DNA of 64,000 nucleotides from Myxococcota bacterium (GTDB lineage Bacteria; Myxococcota; Kuafuiibacteriia; Kuafuiibacteriales; Kuafuiibacteriaceae): NCBI GenBank assembly GCA_036337945.1, contig JAYZDF010000004.1, positions 1 to 64,000 of the forward strand, read 5' to 3'. Shown piece by piece: positions 48,238 to 58,169 of this stretch (position 1 is its first letter; each line of letters starts with the position of its first letter). The notes under the pieces were generated by a model. It saw only the letters and a program-made list of their open reading frames with translations, ran no database searches and was not told where the DNA came from. The position numbers and the translations under genes were made by a program.

Positions 48238-50205
48238 TTAGTTATACGTCGTCGGGACGCAGGCGCTGACGTAGCTTTGAGTTACGCCGTCAATCAGGAC
48301 CGCTGAACTGAGCACTTTGCAACGGAAACCATTATCGCAATCTCCATCTCCGTTGCATAAATCGCTACACGCATTGAAGGTTGGATCGCAAAAGCCTGAT
48401 CGACATTGATTATCTGCGGTACAGCTGCTTCCCGAAAGCCCATTTCCATGAGCCCCGTCCACACAGGCTTGGACCAAATTAGGTTGGTACCGAAGGCATG
48501 TTCCGAGTAACTGCTCGGCACATAAAGTGTAATCGATCATTCTGCAAACTTGGTTACCGACACAACTATTTGAACTTCGACAAAGTTTAGCGCACTTGAA
48601 GATACCCGTGTTTACTGAGCCGACGCACGCACCACTTGCACACTGGCTATCGAGTGAGCAGGTACTTCCTTCAGGAAAGCTCCCTTGTGGTCCATCGCAA
48701 GAAGCGATGTACGTTGCAGGTGCCGCTTCATTCCATCGGCAGAAGCCACCTCCGCAATCATTGTCTTCGCTGCACGTTTCTACGCACATATACGAGTTCT
48801 GCGCACAGAGTCCTGATTTGCATTGTCCAAAGTCGAGGCATGGACTGCCTGGGCTTCCGGCAAAACTGACACTAATATTGGTCGCTTGAGTATACAGAGA
48901 ACTTGCTACACACATTTTTGCGCCGACGTAATTATAGCAAGTATAGTTAGCGGGACATTCTGCGCTCGATCCGCAGGCTTGTACGCATTTCTTGCCGAGG
49001 TTAGGTCCGAAATCAAAACAGGAACTTGATGCGCAATCTGTGTTGACGGTGCAATTTGCATTCAGTGCGGCACCTCCCGTTGCAGGTGGTGTTTGGTTTC
49101 CGCAGCGGCCGGTTAGTGTATTACACGTTTGCCCGTTAGGGCATCCTGTTGACAGGCAGCTCGGAGCACACATGTTGGTCGTTTGATCACAGATCGTTTG
49201 AGGTGGGTTACATTGGGCGTCTTGAGTGCAGGTATTGACCGGTGGAGTTCCCATTTCACAACGTCCGGTGGAGGGATTACAAATATCGCTGCCTGTACAA
49301 GAGACGCCACCAACTTGATTACATCCCCCGACACATTGGCCTGACTCGCATACTGTTTGCGGGGGATTGCATTCAGAATCTTGTACGCACGGAGCGGGAA
49401 CGTTTACACATCTGCCTGTATTGCTGTCGCAAACTTCATTCGCTCCGCAGGTTATCCCGCCGACTTGTCCGCAGCCTGCTACGCACATATTGCCTTCACA
49501 AATAGAAATGGGTGCGCCGCACTGGCTATCGTTTACGCAGGTGTTACCTACGGGTTCGCATCGACCTGTTCCCGCGTTACACTCTGTTCCTGCTCCGCAA
49601 GTTAGTCCACCAGGACTCGAGCATCCTGCAACGCAGCTTGCGTTTTCACAAATGGTTTGAGGCGGTAAACAATCAGAATCAAGGTTGCATCGAGGAAAGC
49701 TAGCGTCTTGACACTGCGACGCAACGCATTCTTGCCCAGTCGGGCAATGTATATTTTCGATGCACTCGACGCAAACATTAGCGGTTTGATCGCAATATCG
49801 CCCTGAGCAGTTTGAATCATCAACGCAGGTCCTTGTGCCATCCACACAGAGTCCAATAGAAATTTGGCAGCGTTGGTGAGGAGGGCAGTCAGTATCCAAT
49901 CGACAGTTCGCGAGTTCGATTTCTTGGCAAGTTCCTGTCGCTTGGTCGCAATATTGCTGATCGCCGCAATCTGTATTGTTCGTGCAGGTTGGGCCTGAAG
50001 GAAGACCGTTAGCTTGGCATATATTTGCCACGCAAACCTCGGCCGCCAAGCAATCTTTAGATGTTAGACAAGTGTTGCCGCCCCCCGTGCCGGAGCATGC
50101 TCCAAGCAAAAGAGCCAGTGCGGTCAGCCACAATTGCATACCGTGGTTTACCAAAAGTGCTTTGCGTACATCTCGCGCGTTCATTCTGTTCCTCGCAAAG
50201 GACAT
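48238..50205 (-). CDS. large lipoprotein made of tandem cysteine-rich repeats
   Basis: Lipobox LLLGACSG; at least four ~50-aa repeats with 7 Cys each (C-x3-[DS]-x-C-x6-C-x4-C-x3-C-x6-C-...-GRC), plus other Cys-rich modules; ~14 % Cys. Confidence 0.6.
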   Translation of the reverse strand: MSFARNRMNARDVRKALLVNHGMQLWLTALALLLGACSGTGGGNTCLTSKDCLAAEVCVANICQANGLPSGPTCTNNTDCGDQQYCDQATGTCQEIELANCRLDTDCPPHQRCQISIGLCVDGTRTCVDDSNCSGRYCDQTANVCVECIENIHCPTGQECVASQCQDASFPRCNLDSDCLPPQTICENASCVAGCSSPGGLTCGAGTECNAGTGRCEPVGNTCVNDSQCGAPISICEGNMCVAGCGQVGGITCGANEVCDSNTGRCVNVPAPCVQDSECNPPQTVCESGQCVGGCNQVGGVSCTGSDICNPSTGRCEMGTPPVNTCTQDAQCNPPQTICDQTTNMCAPSCLSTGCPNGQTCNTLTGRCGNQTPPATGGAALNANCTVNTDCASSSCFDFGPNLGKKCVQACGSSAECPANYTCYNYVGAKMCVASSLYTQATNISVSFAGSPGSPCLDFGQCKSGLCAQNSYMCVETCSEDNDCGGGFCRWNEAAPATYIASCDGPQGSFPEGSTCSLDSQCASGACVGSVNTGIFKCAKLCRSSNSCVGNQVCRMIDYTLCAEQLLGTCLRYQPNLVQACVDGAHGNGLSGSSCTADNQCRSGFCDPTFNACSDLCNGDGDCDNGFRCKVLSSAVLIDGVTQSYVSACVPTTYN

Positions 50206-50253
50206 ACCTTTGCAGAACTAGTATCGGCAGAACAACTGTGGCGGTGCGATAAT

Positions 50254-51231
50254 CTATTGTTCAGTCGGATCACTGACCGACCGGGATAAACGATCCCGAA
50301 CTGCAGCCCACCCTTTATTGTCAGGGGTTTCCTGAATGATTATCTCCGATTGGTTTTGTTCGTCGGCCCAATGAAGAGCTCGGTAGAGCTCTCTTCCGTA
50401 CCCTTTCGGATCATCGGGGAGCCTTAATGAAGGGTTAATACCTTTTTTCGCGTCCCAGTTCGGTTCAAAGTACAAAAGGGCGAAATCGGCTTTTGGAAGT
50501 TCATCGGGGCGTCGACAAAATCGTATGGGCGTTTTGGGCGCGTAGTGTCGCCTCATCATTCCAGGAGATTTCGGAGCCTGCTCGTCGAATGAACGAGTCT
50601 GGACGGTCAACCCCAAACACTGGGAAATCATCTCCTCAGAAACATCACCAAGGCGAAGAATAGTTGGTTGGTCCGAGGTCATATCCAAAACGGTGGTTTC
50701 GAGACCAACTTGGCATGGGCCACCATCCAGAATGAGGGGGATTTTGCCTTCAAGTGTTTTGAGTACATGTTTGGCACTGGTTGGTGAGACTCGCGTCGAC
50801 AAATTGGCTGATGGGGCAGCGATCGGTGCCTCAAAATGAGCCAATAAAGCTCTAGCCACAATATGCGCGGGCACTCGTACAGCAAGAGTCTCGCCGCCAC
50901 CAGCCACGGTGGGCGGATCCGAAGAATGCCGGTTTAGAATCAAGGTCAACGGTCCCGGCCAAAATTGACGTGCTAGGCTCTCGCAACGTTCGTCCCAGCC
51001 CAATACACAAGACTGCGCCATAGCTTGGTCTAAACAATGAACAATCAAGGGGTTATTTGCGGGTCTGCCTTTGATCGAGAATATTCTGCTTATTGCAGCA
51101 GGGTTTTTCGCGTCTGCTCCAAGTCCGTATACCGTTTCAGTTGGAAAGGCGATGGGGGTGCCTTCCGCGAGGTACGCCACGGCTCGTTTCAGCGCTTTTG
51201 GCGAGTTTCCTTGGAGAATCTCCGTTTCCAT
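50254..51231 (-). CDS. tsaC: L-threonylcarbamoyladenylate synthase (Sua5/YrdC with Sua5 C-terminal domain)
   Basis: YrdC fold motifs (TETVYGLGADA, SIKGRPANNPLIVH) plus C-terminal Sua5 domain. Confidence 0.85.
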   Translation of the reverse strand: METEILQGNSPKALKRAVAYLAEGTPIAFPTETVYGLGADAKNPAAISRIFSIKGRPANNPLIVHCLDQAMAQSCVLGWDERCESLARQFWPGPLTLILNRHSSDPPTVAGGGETLAVRVPAHIVARALLAHFEAPIAAPSANLSTRVSPTSAKHVLKTLEGKIPLILDGGPCQVGLETTVLDMTSDQPTILRLGDVSEEMISQCLGLTVQTRSFDEQAPKSPGMMRRHYAPKTPIRFCRRPDELPKADFALLYFEPNWDAKKGINPSLRLPDDPKGYGRELYRALHWADEQNQSEIIIQETPDNKGWAAVRDRLSRSVSDPTEQ

Positions 51232-51317
51232 TGCGCTGTACTGGCTGCCACAACCGACCGGACAAGATCAAGCGTCTTGACCCAATCATAGTCGAGGCCT
51301 AGGCTCCCCTCAAAGCA

Positions 51318-53303
51318 ATGCTCGACTATGACGGACTGCATCTAATTCCCCTTTTTCCTCTTTTAGGGGCCGCAACACTCGGACTCATCGGGAGACGGTT
51401 AGATCACGAAAAAGTTAACCTCATCGCTCTTTCTGCTGTCTTTGCTTCGTTTATTGTGTGCTGTCTTGCGACCTATAAAGTGGCGGTATCCGGATCCGCT
51501 TTGCAGCAGGAACTCTATACTTGGATTTCAGTGGGGCGATACGAAGTTGACCTCACTTTTGGCTTTGATGCGTTGACCGCGACGCTCATGCTTGTTGTCA
51601 CCGGTGTGGGCTTTCTTATTCATCTCTACTCCACCGGCTACATGCACGACGAAGAGCAATATTCAAAATACTTCGCGTACCTAAATCTCTTCATCTGTGC
51701 CATGAGCATTCTCGTCCTAGGTCGCTCGTTGCCAATTATGTTCATTGGCTGGGAAGGTGTTGGTCTCGCCTCATACCTTTTGATTGGCTTTTGGTATACC
51801 GACGAATCGAAAGCCAGCGCCGGTAAAAAAGCGTTCATCGTAAATCGGGTAGGTGACTTTGGATTTCTCATCGGGATCTTCGCTCTGTTCTCGTTGTTTG
51901 GAACTGCGGATTTTGTTCAGCTCAAGAGTTTGGTCGCAGGAGCAGGCGATGTTGATGCTGTTCTAAAATCAGGCGTTTTTGTAGACTGGACAGTTCGCGG
52001 CGTTCTAACTTTCGCAGCTCTTTCCCTATTTATTGGTGCTTGTGGGAAGAGTGCCCAGCTGCCGTTATACGTATGGTTACCAGACGCGATGGCGGGTCCA
52101 ACCCCGGTGTCTGCTTTAATCCATGCAGCGACAATGGTCACAGCTGGCGTTTATATGTTGGCGAGAATGAGCTTCTTGTTCCAGCCCGAGTTAATTCCAA
52201 CGGCAATGCAGACGATTGCGTTGGTCGGAGGCCTCACCGCGGTATTCGCAGCCACGATGGGCTTGGTTCAAAATGATATTAAGAAAGTATTGGCTTACTC
52301 AACGGTCTCTCAGCTCGGTTATATGTTTCTTGCGGCCGGTGTAGGCGCACATATCGCGGCGATGTTTCACGTTGTGACTCATGCATTCTTCAAAGCTTGC
52401 CTGTTCCTAGGGTCGGGTGCTGTGATTCACGCGTTACATGGGGAACAAGATATGCGTAAGATGGGAGGCCTCAAAACGATGCTTCCAGTGGTTTATGGCA
52501 CCTTCGGTGTCTCCACTCTTGCTATTGCTGGTATCCCGCCCTTCGCTGGTTTCTTTTCTAAGGACGCGATTATTGCTCACGCGTTTTTCGCATCGAAAGA
52601 CCTCGGCTTTCTAGCGAGTAGCGGCTTGCTGGGAATTCTCGGTGTTCTCGGCGCGCTTCTCACTGCTTTTTATATGGCTCGTTTGGTGGCTTTGACTTTT
52701 TTCGGTTCGCTTCGACAAAAGAATCCCGAAGAGGTCGAATTCAATCTTCACAAACCGGGAATGGAAATGAAGGTGCCATTACTTATCCTCGGTGGCTTGG
52801 CCTGTTTGTCTGGCTTCATGAATCTCCCGCACGTCTTCCACCTCGGCTCATTCTTAGATAACTGGCTAGGTGCGACCGTGCAATCCGCGGAGTTACATGC
52901 CTCTGCTGCAGTGGAGTTTGGCCTCATGGGTGGATCGATTGCCATTGCAGCTGCTTCACTTTGGTTTGGCTATAAAACTTATTACAATGGCCCCTCAGAG
53001 AAGATGAATAAACTCGCAACGCAAGGCGCAGGCGCAACCGCGCACCGAGTTTTGTACAACAAATGGTATGTCGATGAGTTGTACCAAATTATTATTGTTA
53101 CGCCTCTGCACGCATTAGGAAATCTAGCCGCTCGAGTTGTAGATGCGATTTTTATTGATGGCTTATTTGTAAAACTCTTACCGAGCATTTTTGTTAGAGG
53201 CTCGGGCCGGGCACTCAGAACACTTCAAACCGGAAACGTACAGATGTACGCAACGTTGTTCGTTTTGTTTGCCGGAATTATCATGGCTTGGGCTATTCTT
53301 TAG
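51318..53303 (+). CDS. NuoL-like proton-pumping membrane subunit (complex I subunit L / MrpA-type), isolated from other nuo genes
   Basis: N-terminus, ~16 TM, conserved NuoL blocks (WLPDAMAGPTPVSALIHAATMVTAGVY) and C-terminal long helix NKWYVDELYQ. Confidence 0.85.
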   Translation: MLDYDGLHLIPLFPLLGAATLGLIGRRLDHEKVNLIALSAVFASFIVCCLATYKVAVSGSALQQELYTWISVGRYEVDLTFGFDALTATLMLVVTGVGFLIHLYSTGYMHDEEQYSKYFAYLNLFICAMSILVLGRSLPIMFIGWEGVGLASYLLIGFWYTDESKASAGKKAFIVNRVGDFGFLIGIFALFSLFGTADFVQLKSLVAGAGDVDAVLKSGVFVDWTVRGVLTFAALSLFIGACGKSAQLPLYVWLPDAMAGPTPVSALIHAATMVTAGVYMLARMSFLFQPELIPTAMQTIALVGGLTAVFAATMGLVQNDIKKVLAYSTVSQLGYMFLAAGVGAHIAAMFHVVTHAFFKACLFLGSGAVIHALHGEQDMRKMGGLKTMLPVVYGTFGVSTLAIAGIPPFAGFFSKDAIIAHAFFASKDLGFLASSGLLGILGVLGALLTAFYMARLVALTFFGSLRQKNPEEVEFNLHKPGMEMKVPLLILGGLACLSGFMNLPHVFHLGSFLDNWLGATVQSAELHASAAVEFGLMGGSIAIAAASLWFGYKTYYNGPSEKMNKLATQGAGATAHRVLYNKWYVDELYQIIIVTPLHALGNLAARVVDAIFIDGLFVKLLPSIFVRGSGRALRTLQTGNVQMYATLFVLFAGIIMAWAIL

Positions 53304-53314
53304 AGTCACTCGCA

Positions 53315-54103
53315 ATGACCAAACCTTCGGGCATCATCACACTTCTCACCGATTTCGGACTCTCTGATCCATTTGTCGGCATCATGCATGGTGTATTACT
53401 GAGTAAAAAAAGAGACTTTACACTCATTGATCTTACTCATGGGATAGAGCCTCAAAATGTTCGACAAGCCGCATTTTGGATAGCATCGAGTTATCGCGAG
53501 TTTCCAGAGGGAACCGTACATATGGTTGTTGTTGATCCTGGTGTAGGGTCAAAACGCCGACCACTCATTGCTGAAATCGACGGCCACTATTTCGTGGCTC
53601 CAGATAACGGAGTGTTATCGTTAGTGGTCGATGAAGCCGAGCGGGTAGATGTTCGCTACTTAAGGTTGTGGCAATTGGAACTGTCTAGGGTGAGCAATAC
53701 TTTCCATGGCCGAGATATATTTTCGCCCGCAGCGGCTGAACTGGCAATAGGTAAGCGCTGGATGACCGAGCTCGGAGAAGATGCCATTGAGACGTATAAG
53801 CGATTAGATGTTCAATCTCCGTCTGAAAACGATGGGAGAATCTCTGGGCAAATTTTCATGTCTGACCACTTTGGTAATTGGTTCACCAATATTCCCCTGA
53901 AGATGTATGAGTCTTGGGCTTCGCCTCGAGTTCGGATCGGTGAACTCGAACTTCCTCTCCAGAAAACCTACAGTGAAGTTGCTCCCGGTGATGTGGTTGC
54001 GCTCACAAATTCCTTTGATCGACTCGAAATTGCGGTCAACCAAGGCTCAGCTCGCAAGGAACTCCCGTTTTCCGTTGGTCAAGCAGTTGAAATTATTGAA
54101 TAA
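53315..54103 (+). CDS. SAM hydroxide adenosyltransferase family protein (DUF62; fluorinase/chlorinase-related)
   Basis: N-terminus GIITLLTDFGLSDPFVGIMHGVL and overall DUF62 pattern. Confidence 0.7.
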   Translation: MTKPSGIITLLTDFGLSDPFVGIMHGVLLSKKRDFTLIDLTHGIEPQNVRQAAFWIASSYREFPEGTVHMVVVDPGVGSKRRPLIAEIDGHYFVAPDNGVLSLVVDEAERVDVRYLRLWQLELSRVSNTFHGRDIFSPAAAELAIGKRWMTELGEDAIETYKRLDVQSPSENDGRISGQIFMSDHFGNWFTNIPLKMYESWASPRVRIGELELPLQKTYSEVAPGDVVALTNSFDRLEIAVNQGSARKELPFSVGQAVEIIE

Positions 54104-54160
54104 ATAAGTCTTTAGAAATCCGCTTGTCTCCTGCCATGTCTGTGACTAATCTATAGAAGT

Positions 54161-54556
54161 ATGGAAACAAACACCGCAGTCAACACTGCACCCAACGCGA
54201 ACTTCATCGACGACGATGAAGATGATGAGCTTCCCCCGATCGACCTTACGTCAAAAGCGATTGAAATGGTTCGGGAAGCAATGGTTGCTGAGAACTTAGA
54301 CAACCATGGTCTCCGCGTATTCGTTCAGGGTGGCGGTTGTGCTGGCTTTCAATATGGCTTGGATTTTGATGAATCCGGTCGAGCTGGCGATTTCGAGCTA
54401 GAGTTCGAAGGCCTGAAAGTCTGGGTTGACCCAATGTCAGCCATGCACCTTGAAGGAACCGTGATCGACTATGTAATGGGGATCTCCGGTGCCGGATTTA
54501 AATTCAATAATCCGAACGCAAAAACAACCTGTGGTTGTGGCTCCAGTTTCTCCTAG
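54161..54556 (+). CDS. Fe-S cluster insertion protein (HesB/IscA/ErpA family) with acidic N-terminal extension
   Basis: Cys ligand in GGCAGFQY and C-terminal CGCGSSF motif. Confidence 0.8.
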   Translation: METNTAVNTAPNANFIDDDEDDELPPIDLTSKAIEMVREAMVAENLDNHGLRVFVQGGGCAGFQYGLDFDESGRAGDFELEFEGLKVWVDPMSAMHLEGTVIDYVMGISGAGFKFNNPNAKTTCGCGSSFS

Positions 54557-55668
54557 TCAGTCCTCATTTCGGTAGAATCATCCACTATCGCTCTACTTGC
54601 CGCGTAGGGATGCGGGTCAATCGCGCAGGGCTCATTGTACATGTAGTTACAGATGATCTGCGCGGTCGCGGGCGCCTGAAGTATCCCGTTTCTGAAATGC
54701 CCCGTCGCCAAAAATAGACCTGGTTCGCGACAAGGACCAATTAGCGGAAGCTTATCGCTACTCGCGGGTCTAAAGCCGCACCAGGTATCGAGAATTTTTG
54801 AGTTTGCGAGACTGGGCCAGATACTCTTGGCTTCCGTGAACAGTTTATTGAGGTCTTCTGCGGTTGTCCCACGCGTGAAGCCGACATTTTCTTCCGTACT
54901 CCCAATCACGGCCCAGCCATTAAGGCGTGGAACTATGTACACTCTGTGATTTGTGAGTAGTGGCAAGCGCTCTCTGTTATTTGTAGTTACCGACATCATT
55001 TGACCGCGCACGGGATACACGCGCTGCTCTTGAAGCGGAATACCACCGATGAGTTGCGTCCAAGAACCCGCGCAAATAATTACATCTTCGGCGAGGTACG
55101 TTTTTTGAGCGGTCTTTACGCCGCAAACTTTGTTGTTCATTCTCACGAGGTCAGAAACACTTTCTCCGACCTGGAATTCGACGCCGATAGACAGACAGGC
55201 TTCAACAAGCAACTGGCACAGTAATCTTGGCTCGACTTGCGCCTCGTTGTTGAAGAAGAGGGCATCTTGCACTTTAGAATCTGGAAGTATTTCGTGTGCG
55301 CGAACACAATCAACCGATTCACCTTCGTCTTTTTGCCATCGGTAGTCGTCTATTGCCGTCTGAGTATTTTCTCCAGGTGCAATAAACAGAGCGGCACCTT
55401 CCGTTTGTAGGTTTGGATCGATGTCACTGTACGTCCGCAGCTTTTCTATCCAGGATGAATATAAATTTCGACTATATCGTCCAAGAACCCATGCAGGGCT
55501 TGGGGCTTTGGTTTCAATTTGTGGGGCGAGCATGCCTGCTGCAGCCCAGCTGGCCTCAGAGCCTGGTTTCCGAGGGTCAATAATGACGCATTTCTTCCCT
55601 CGGTACTGTAGCTCAAATGCTATCGAAAGCCCTATGATACCAGCCCCAACAATGATGACGTCATTCAT
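54553..55668 (-). CDS. FAD-dependent oxidoreductase (glycine oxidase ThiO / D-amino-acid oxidase family)
   Basis: N-terminal dinucleotide-binding VIIVGAGIIGLSIAFEL, DAO-family length. Confidence 0.7.
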   Translation of the reverse strand: MNDVIIVGAGIIGLSIAFELQYRGKKCVIIDPRKPGSEASWAAAGMLAPQIETKAPSPAWVLGRYSRNLYSSWIEKLRTYSDIDPNLQTEGAALFIAPGENTQTAIDDYRWQKDEGESVDCVRAHEILPDSKVQDALFFNNEAQVEPRLLCQLLVEACLSIGVEFQVGESVSDLVRMNNKVCGVKTAQKTYLAEDVIICAGSWTQLIGGIPLQEQRVYPVRGQMMSVTTNNRERLPLLTNHRVYIVPRLNGWAVIGSTEENVGFTRGTTAEDLNKLFTEAKSIWPSLANSKILDTWCGFRPASSDKLPLIGPCREPGLFLATGHFRNGILQAPATAQIICNYMYNEPCAIDPHPYAASRAIVDDSTEMRTD

Positions 55669-55698
55669 TTCCTACCCATTACCTAATACACTCCAACT

Positions 55699-56685
55699 GT
55701 GACTGTCACGACTTTACTCTTCTTGTTTACTACTGGACAGGTGGCGCCTGACTGGAACGCTGCTACCGTACGGAGCCACATCCAACAAGCCCAGTTCGCT
55801 GCACAGCAACAAGATCCAAAAGCACGTGATGAAGGTTTACTTCGTTTGGCTGCGCAAGCGTATAAAGTTGAACGGCTTCCGTCGGAGTCGGTACAGCTTT
55901 TCGCGAAGAGAGTCCTACGGACGCGAGACCCTAAGCATCATGCGGTCAAAAAAGACCAGTGGCTCTTAGCGTTAGCAAATCGTCTATACGCAGACTTTTC
56001 AACACGATGTAAAAATCTCGCGAGAAACCAACAGCGCAAACGAGATAGAGCCTGGTTTGCCGAGAACGCTAAGGCTTTTGACGGGTATGCAAGAACGATT
56101 GCAGGAATGCTCAGGCTGAAGGTTCCAGGTGTTGAAGCTGAAATTGAACCGCTTGCTCTTGCAAGAGGTCTTACGAGTCGTGTGGTTGGAATTGAGGTTA
56201 CCGTGCTTGGAGATGGAATTTCAATTGAACAGAATCGTCGAATATCATTTCCAGAAAATCAACCACCACCAGATGCGAACCGTTCCGCACGCGGCTCATT
56301 GATGAGCCTTTTGAATTCGTTAAAACAGCATCAAATATTTGGGAAGTTGATGGCAAAATCGAAAAGAAAGAAAAACCCGAATCTAGGAAAGGTAAGACTT
56401 TTTGTTCCACAAAAAAAGCCTGCTCTTTATCTCAATGAATTATTGCGGGCGGCGAAAGAGGCAAAATACAAGATAGCCTACGTGATGACCTTCATGCCCA
56501 AAACTAGGAAACTTGCGCATATTCCAGTCATGCTTCGCAAGCCGACCCGTAAAGAGCGTAAGCGATTCAAAATTAAAAAAGCACAATGTCGAGATGAAGA
56601 AACAATGCAGTCTTGCGCTGAATATCTCGCAGATCAAATTGCTGAGAAAACGAAACGTAAATCTGTTCGATTGTACTGGGATTAA
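55699..56685 (+). CDS. hypothetical secreted protein with Lys/Arg-rich C-terminus
   Basis: Hydrophobic N-terminus; no motif recognised. Confidence 0.35.
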   Translation: MTVTTLLFLFTTGQVAPDWNAATVRSHIQQAQFAAQQQDPKARDEGLLRLAAQAYKVERLPSESVQLFAKRVLRTRDPKHHAVKKDQWLLALANRLYADFSTRCKNLARNQQRKRDRAWFAENAKAFDGYARTIAGMLRLKVPGVEAEIEPLALARGLTSRVVGIEVTVLGDGISIEQNRRISFPENQPPPDANRSARGSLMSLLNSLKQHQIFGKLMAKSKRKKNPNLGKVRLFVPQKKPALYLNELLRAAKEAKYKIAYVMTFMPKTRKLAHIPVMLRKPTRKERKRFKIKKAQCRDEETMQSCAEYLADQIAEKTKRKSVRLYWD

Positions 56686-56694
56686 TGCCGCTAC

Positions 56695-58101
56695 CTAATA
56701 GCGAAATGTAGAAGAAAGAAAGACGTACAAATAAATACTTTGCTTGCTAATCTTTCTAAATGTGTCGTCTTGTGGAATGACGTCGGCTCCGTTTCCGTAG
56801 GTCAGCATCGCTCCTAGCCGAGTCAGTGTATGTTCAGTAAAATAACCAAAAACGCCACTCATTCCATATTCGTTCACGTGAGGTAAATAGTCCCGGTCGA
56901 GGCTTCCGCCCACTGCTCCAGGGATTGGATCAGATGTACTCAAATTCGTAAAGACACCGCCCGAAAGAGATAAACGATCTGAAAGCAGATATTCTGCGCC
57001 AACATTAACATTTCCGATAAAGTTTCTTCGGATAGAAGTAGCAATCGTTATTTCGGACATTAAATCTGACCGATTTGTCGGAAGTTTGATGAGTTCATAG
57101 GAGATGGGTGCGTAAAAAACTGCGTCGGCGGATAAGGTGAGCTTTCTTGGAAAAATACGAGCAACACCGAGTCGAATATGGCCACCGTGGCTAAACGAGC
57201 TTTGTACGTTGTCTGGCTCATCTAAACTAAAGCTACTTTCCGTTTGTGTGTTTCCCGTGACGGTTCGAGTCTTCAAAACTCGAAACTGGGCGAAATCATA
57301 GAATTCTATGCCAGGAGTTGTTATTGCGATACCGAGAAACCAGCTCGGTGCGAACTCATTTTTGAGTCCAACGGTGAGCATCGTTGTGCCAACGATAGCC
57401 TTCAAGCTTGTTTGTGACGTTGTAAAAATGTTGAAGTCTCCATTGGACTCCAAACTTGTGTTCTCTTCAAAGTCCTTGAGCTGCCTGAAATTAGCGACAG
57501 CGCTGATTCCAAAACTCCAGTCTTCAGCAAAACGGTAAGCATATGCTGCGGCACTATGAAATTCCCGATCGAGAAGATCTCTACGGTAACTGTATTGTTT
57601 ATCCGGCGTTGAGGTTTGAACACTGACGCCCCGAAAAGACGGAACAAAAACACCCCATCCATAACTGTGGACATGGCGACCGCGGTGGTCTCGGGTCTCA
57701 GAGGTTCCAACATAGCCGGCAGAATTAGGAATGATATTGAGTTCGGCTGCGATTCCCTCGATATCGATGAGAGACTCGCCCACGGCAGCAAATAAATTTT
57801 CTTCAACAGCAATTTCAACACCGTAAAGGTTACTCGAAATTGAAACAGAGTTTCGGCTCGCATCGACGAGCCCGGCAGGATTATAGAAAATTCCGCTCGC
57901 ATCACTACCTAGTGCCGTGAAGGCGCCACCGAGACCTACAGCTCGACTTCCCAGTGGGTAGTCCTGATGGTGAGTGTCATCAGCATGAGCGTCATTTGCG
58001 GGAGGGCACAGGGTAGAGGCTGTCAAAATTAGACATACCGACAGCGTGCGCCACGAATATACAGGCCATGAAAAAACTGTAAAAAAACCCTGCACGAACA
58101 A
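56695..58101 (-). CDS. outer-membrane beta-barrel protein, FadL/TodX (OMPP1) family-like
   Basis: N-terminal motif GLGGAFTALGSDASGIFYNPAGL typical of FadL/TodX; alternating beta-strand pattern; C-terminal aromatic (TFRY). Confidence 0.6.
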   Translation of the reverse strand: MFVQGFFTVFSWPVYSWRTLSVCLILTASTLCPPANDAHADDTHHQDYPLGSRAVGLGGAFTALGSDASGIFYNPAGLVDASRNSVSISSNLYGVEIAVEENLFAAVGESLIDIEGIAAELNIIPNSAGYVGTSETRDHRGRHVHSYGWGVFVPSFRGVSVQTSTPDKQYSYRRDLLDREFHSAAAYAYRFAEDWSFGISAVANFRQLKDFEENTSLESNGDFNIFTTSQTSLKAIVGTTMLTVGLKNEFAPSWFLGIAITTPGIEFYDFAQFRVLKTRTVTGNTQTESSFSLDEPDNVQSSFSHGGHIRLGVARIFPRKLTLSADAVFYAPISYELIKLPTNRSDLMSEITIATSIRRNFIGNVNVGAEYLLSDRLSLSGGVFTNLSTSDPIPGAVGGSLDRDYLPHVNEYGMSGVFGYFTEHTLTRLGAMLTYGNGADVIPQDDTFRKISKQSIYLYVFLSSTFRY

Positions 58102-58169
58102 TAATTTCGGACCATGCTTGTTGCTCGGTGGTCAAGCAGGAACAAATTCCGACCAATCACAGAATTATT

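Noticed and set aside
48596-50252. Cluster of ~12 overlapping 60-100-aa ORFs on both strands
   Set aside because: Artefacts of the GC/Cys-codon-rich repeat gene 48238-50205; only the 655-aa frame has a signal peptide and coherent repeat structure
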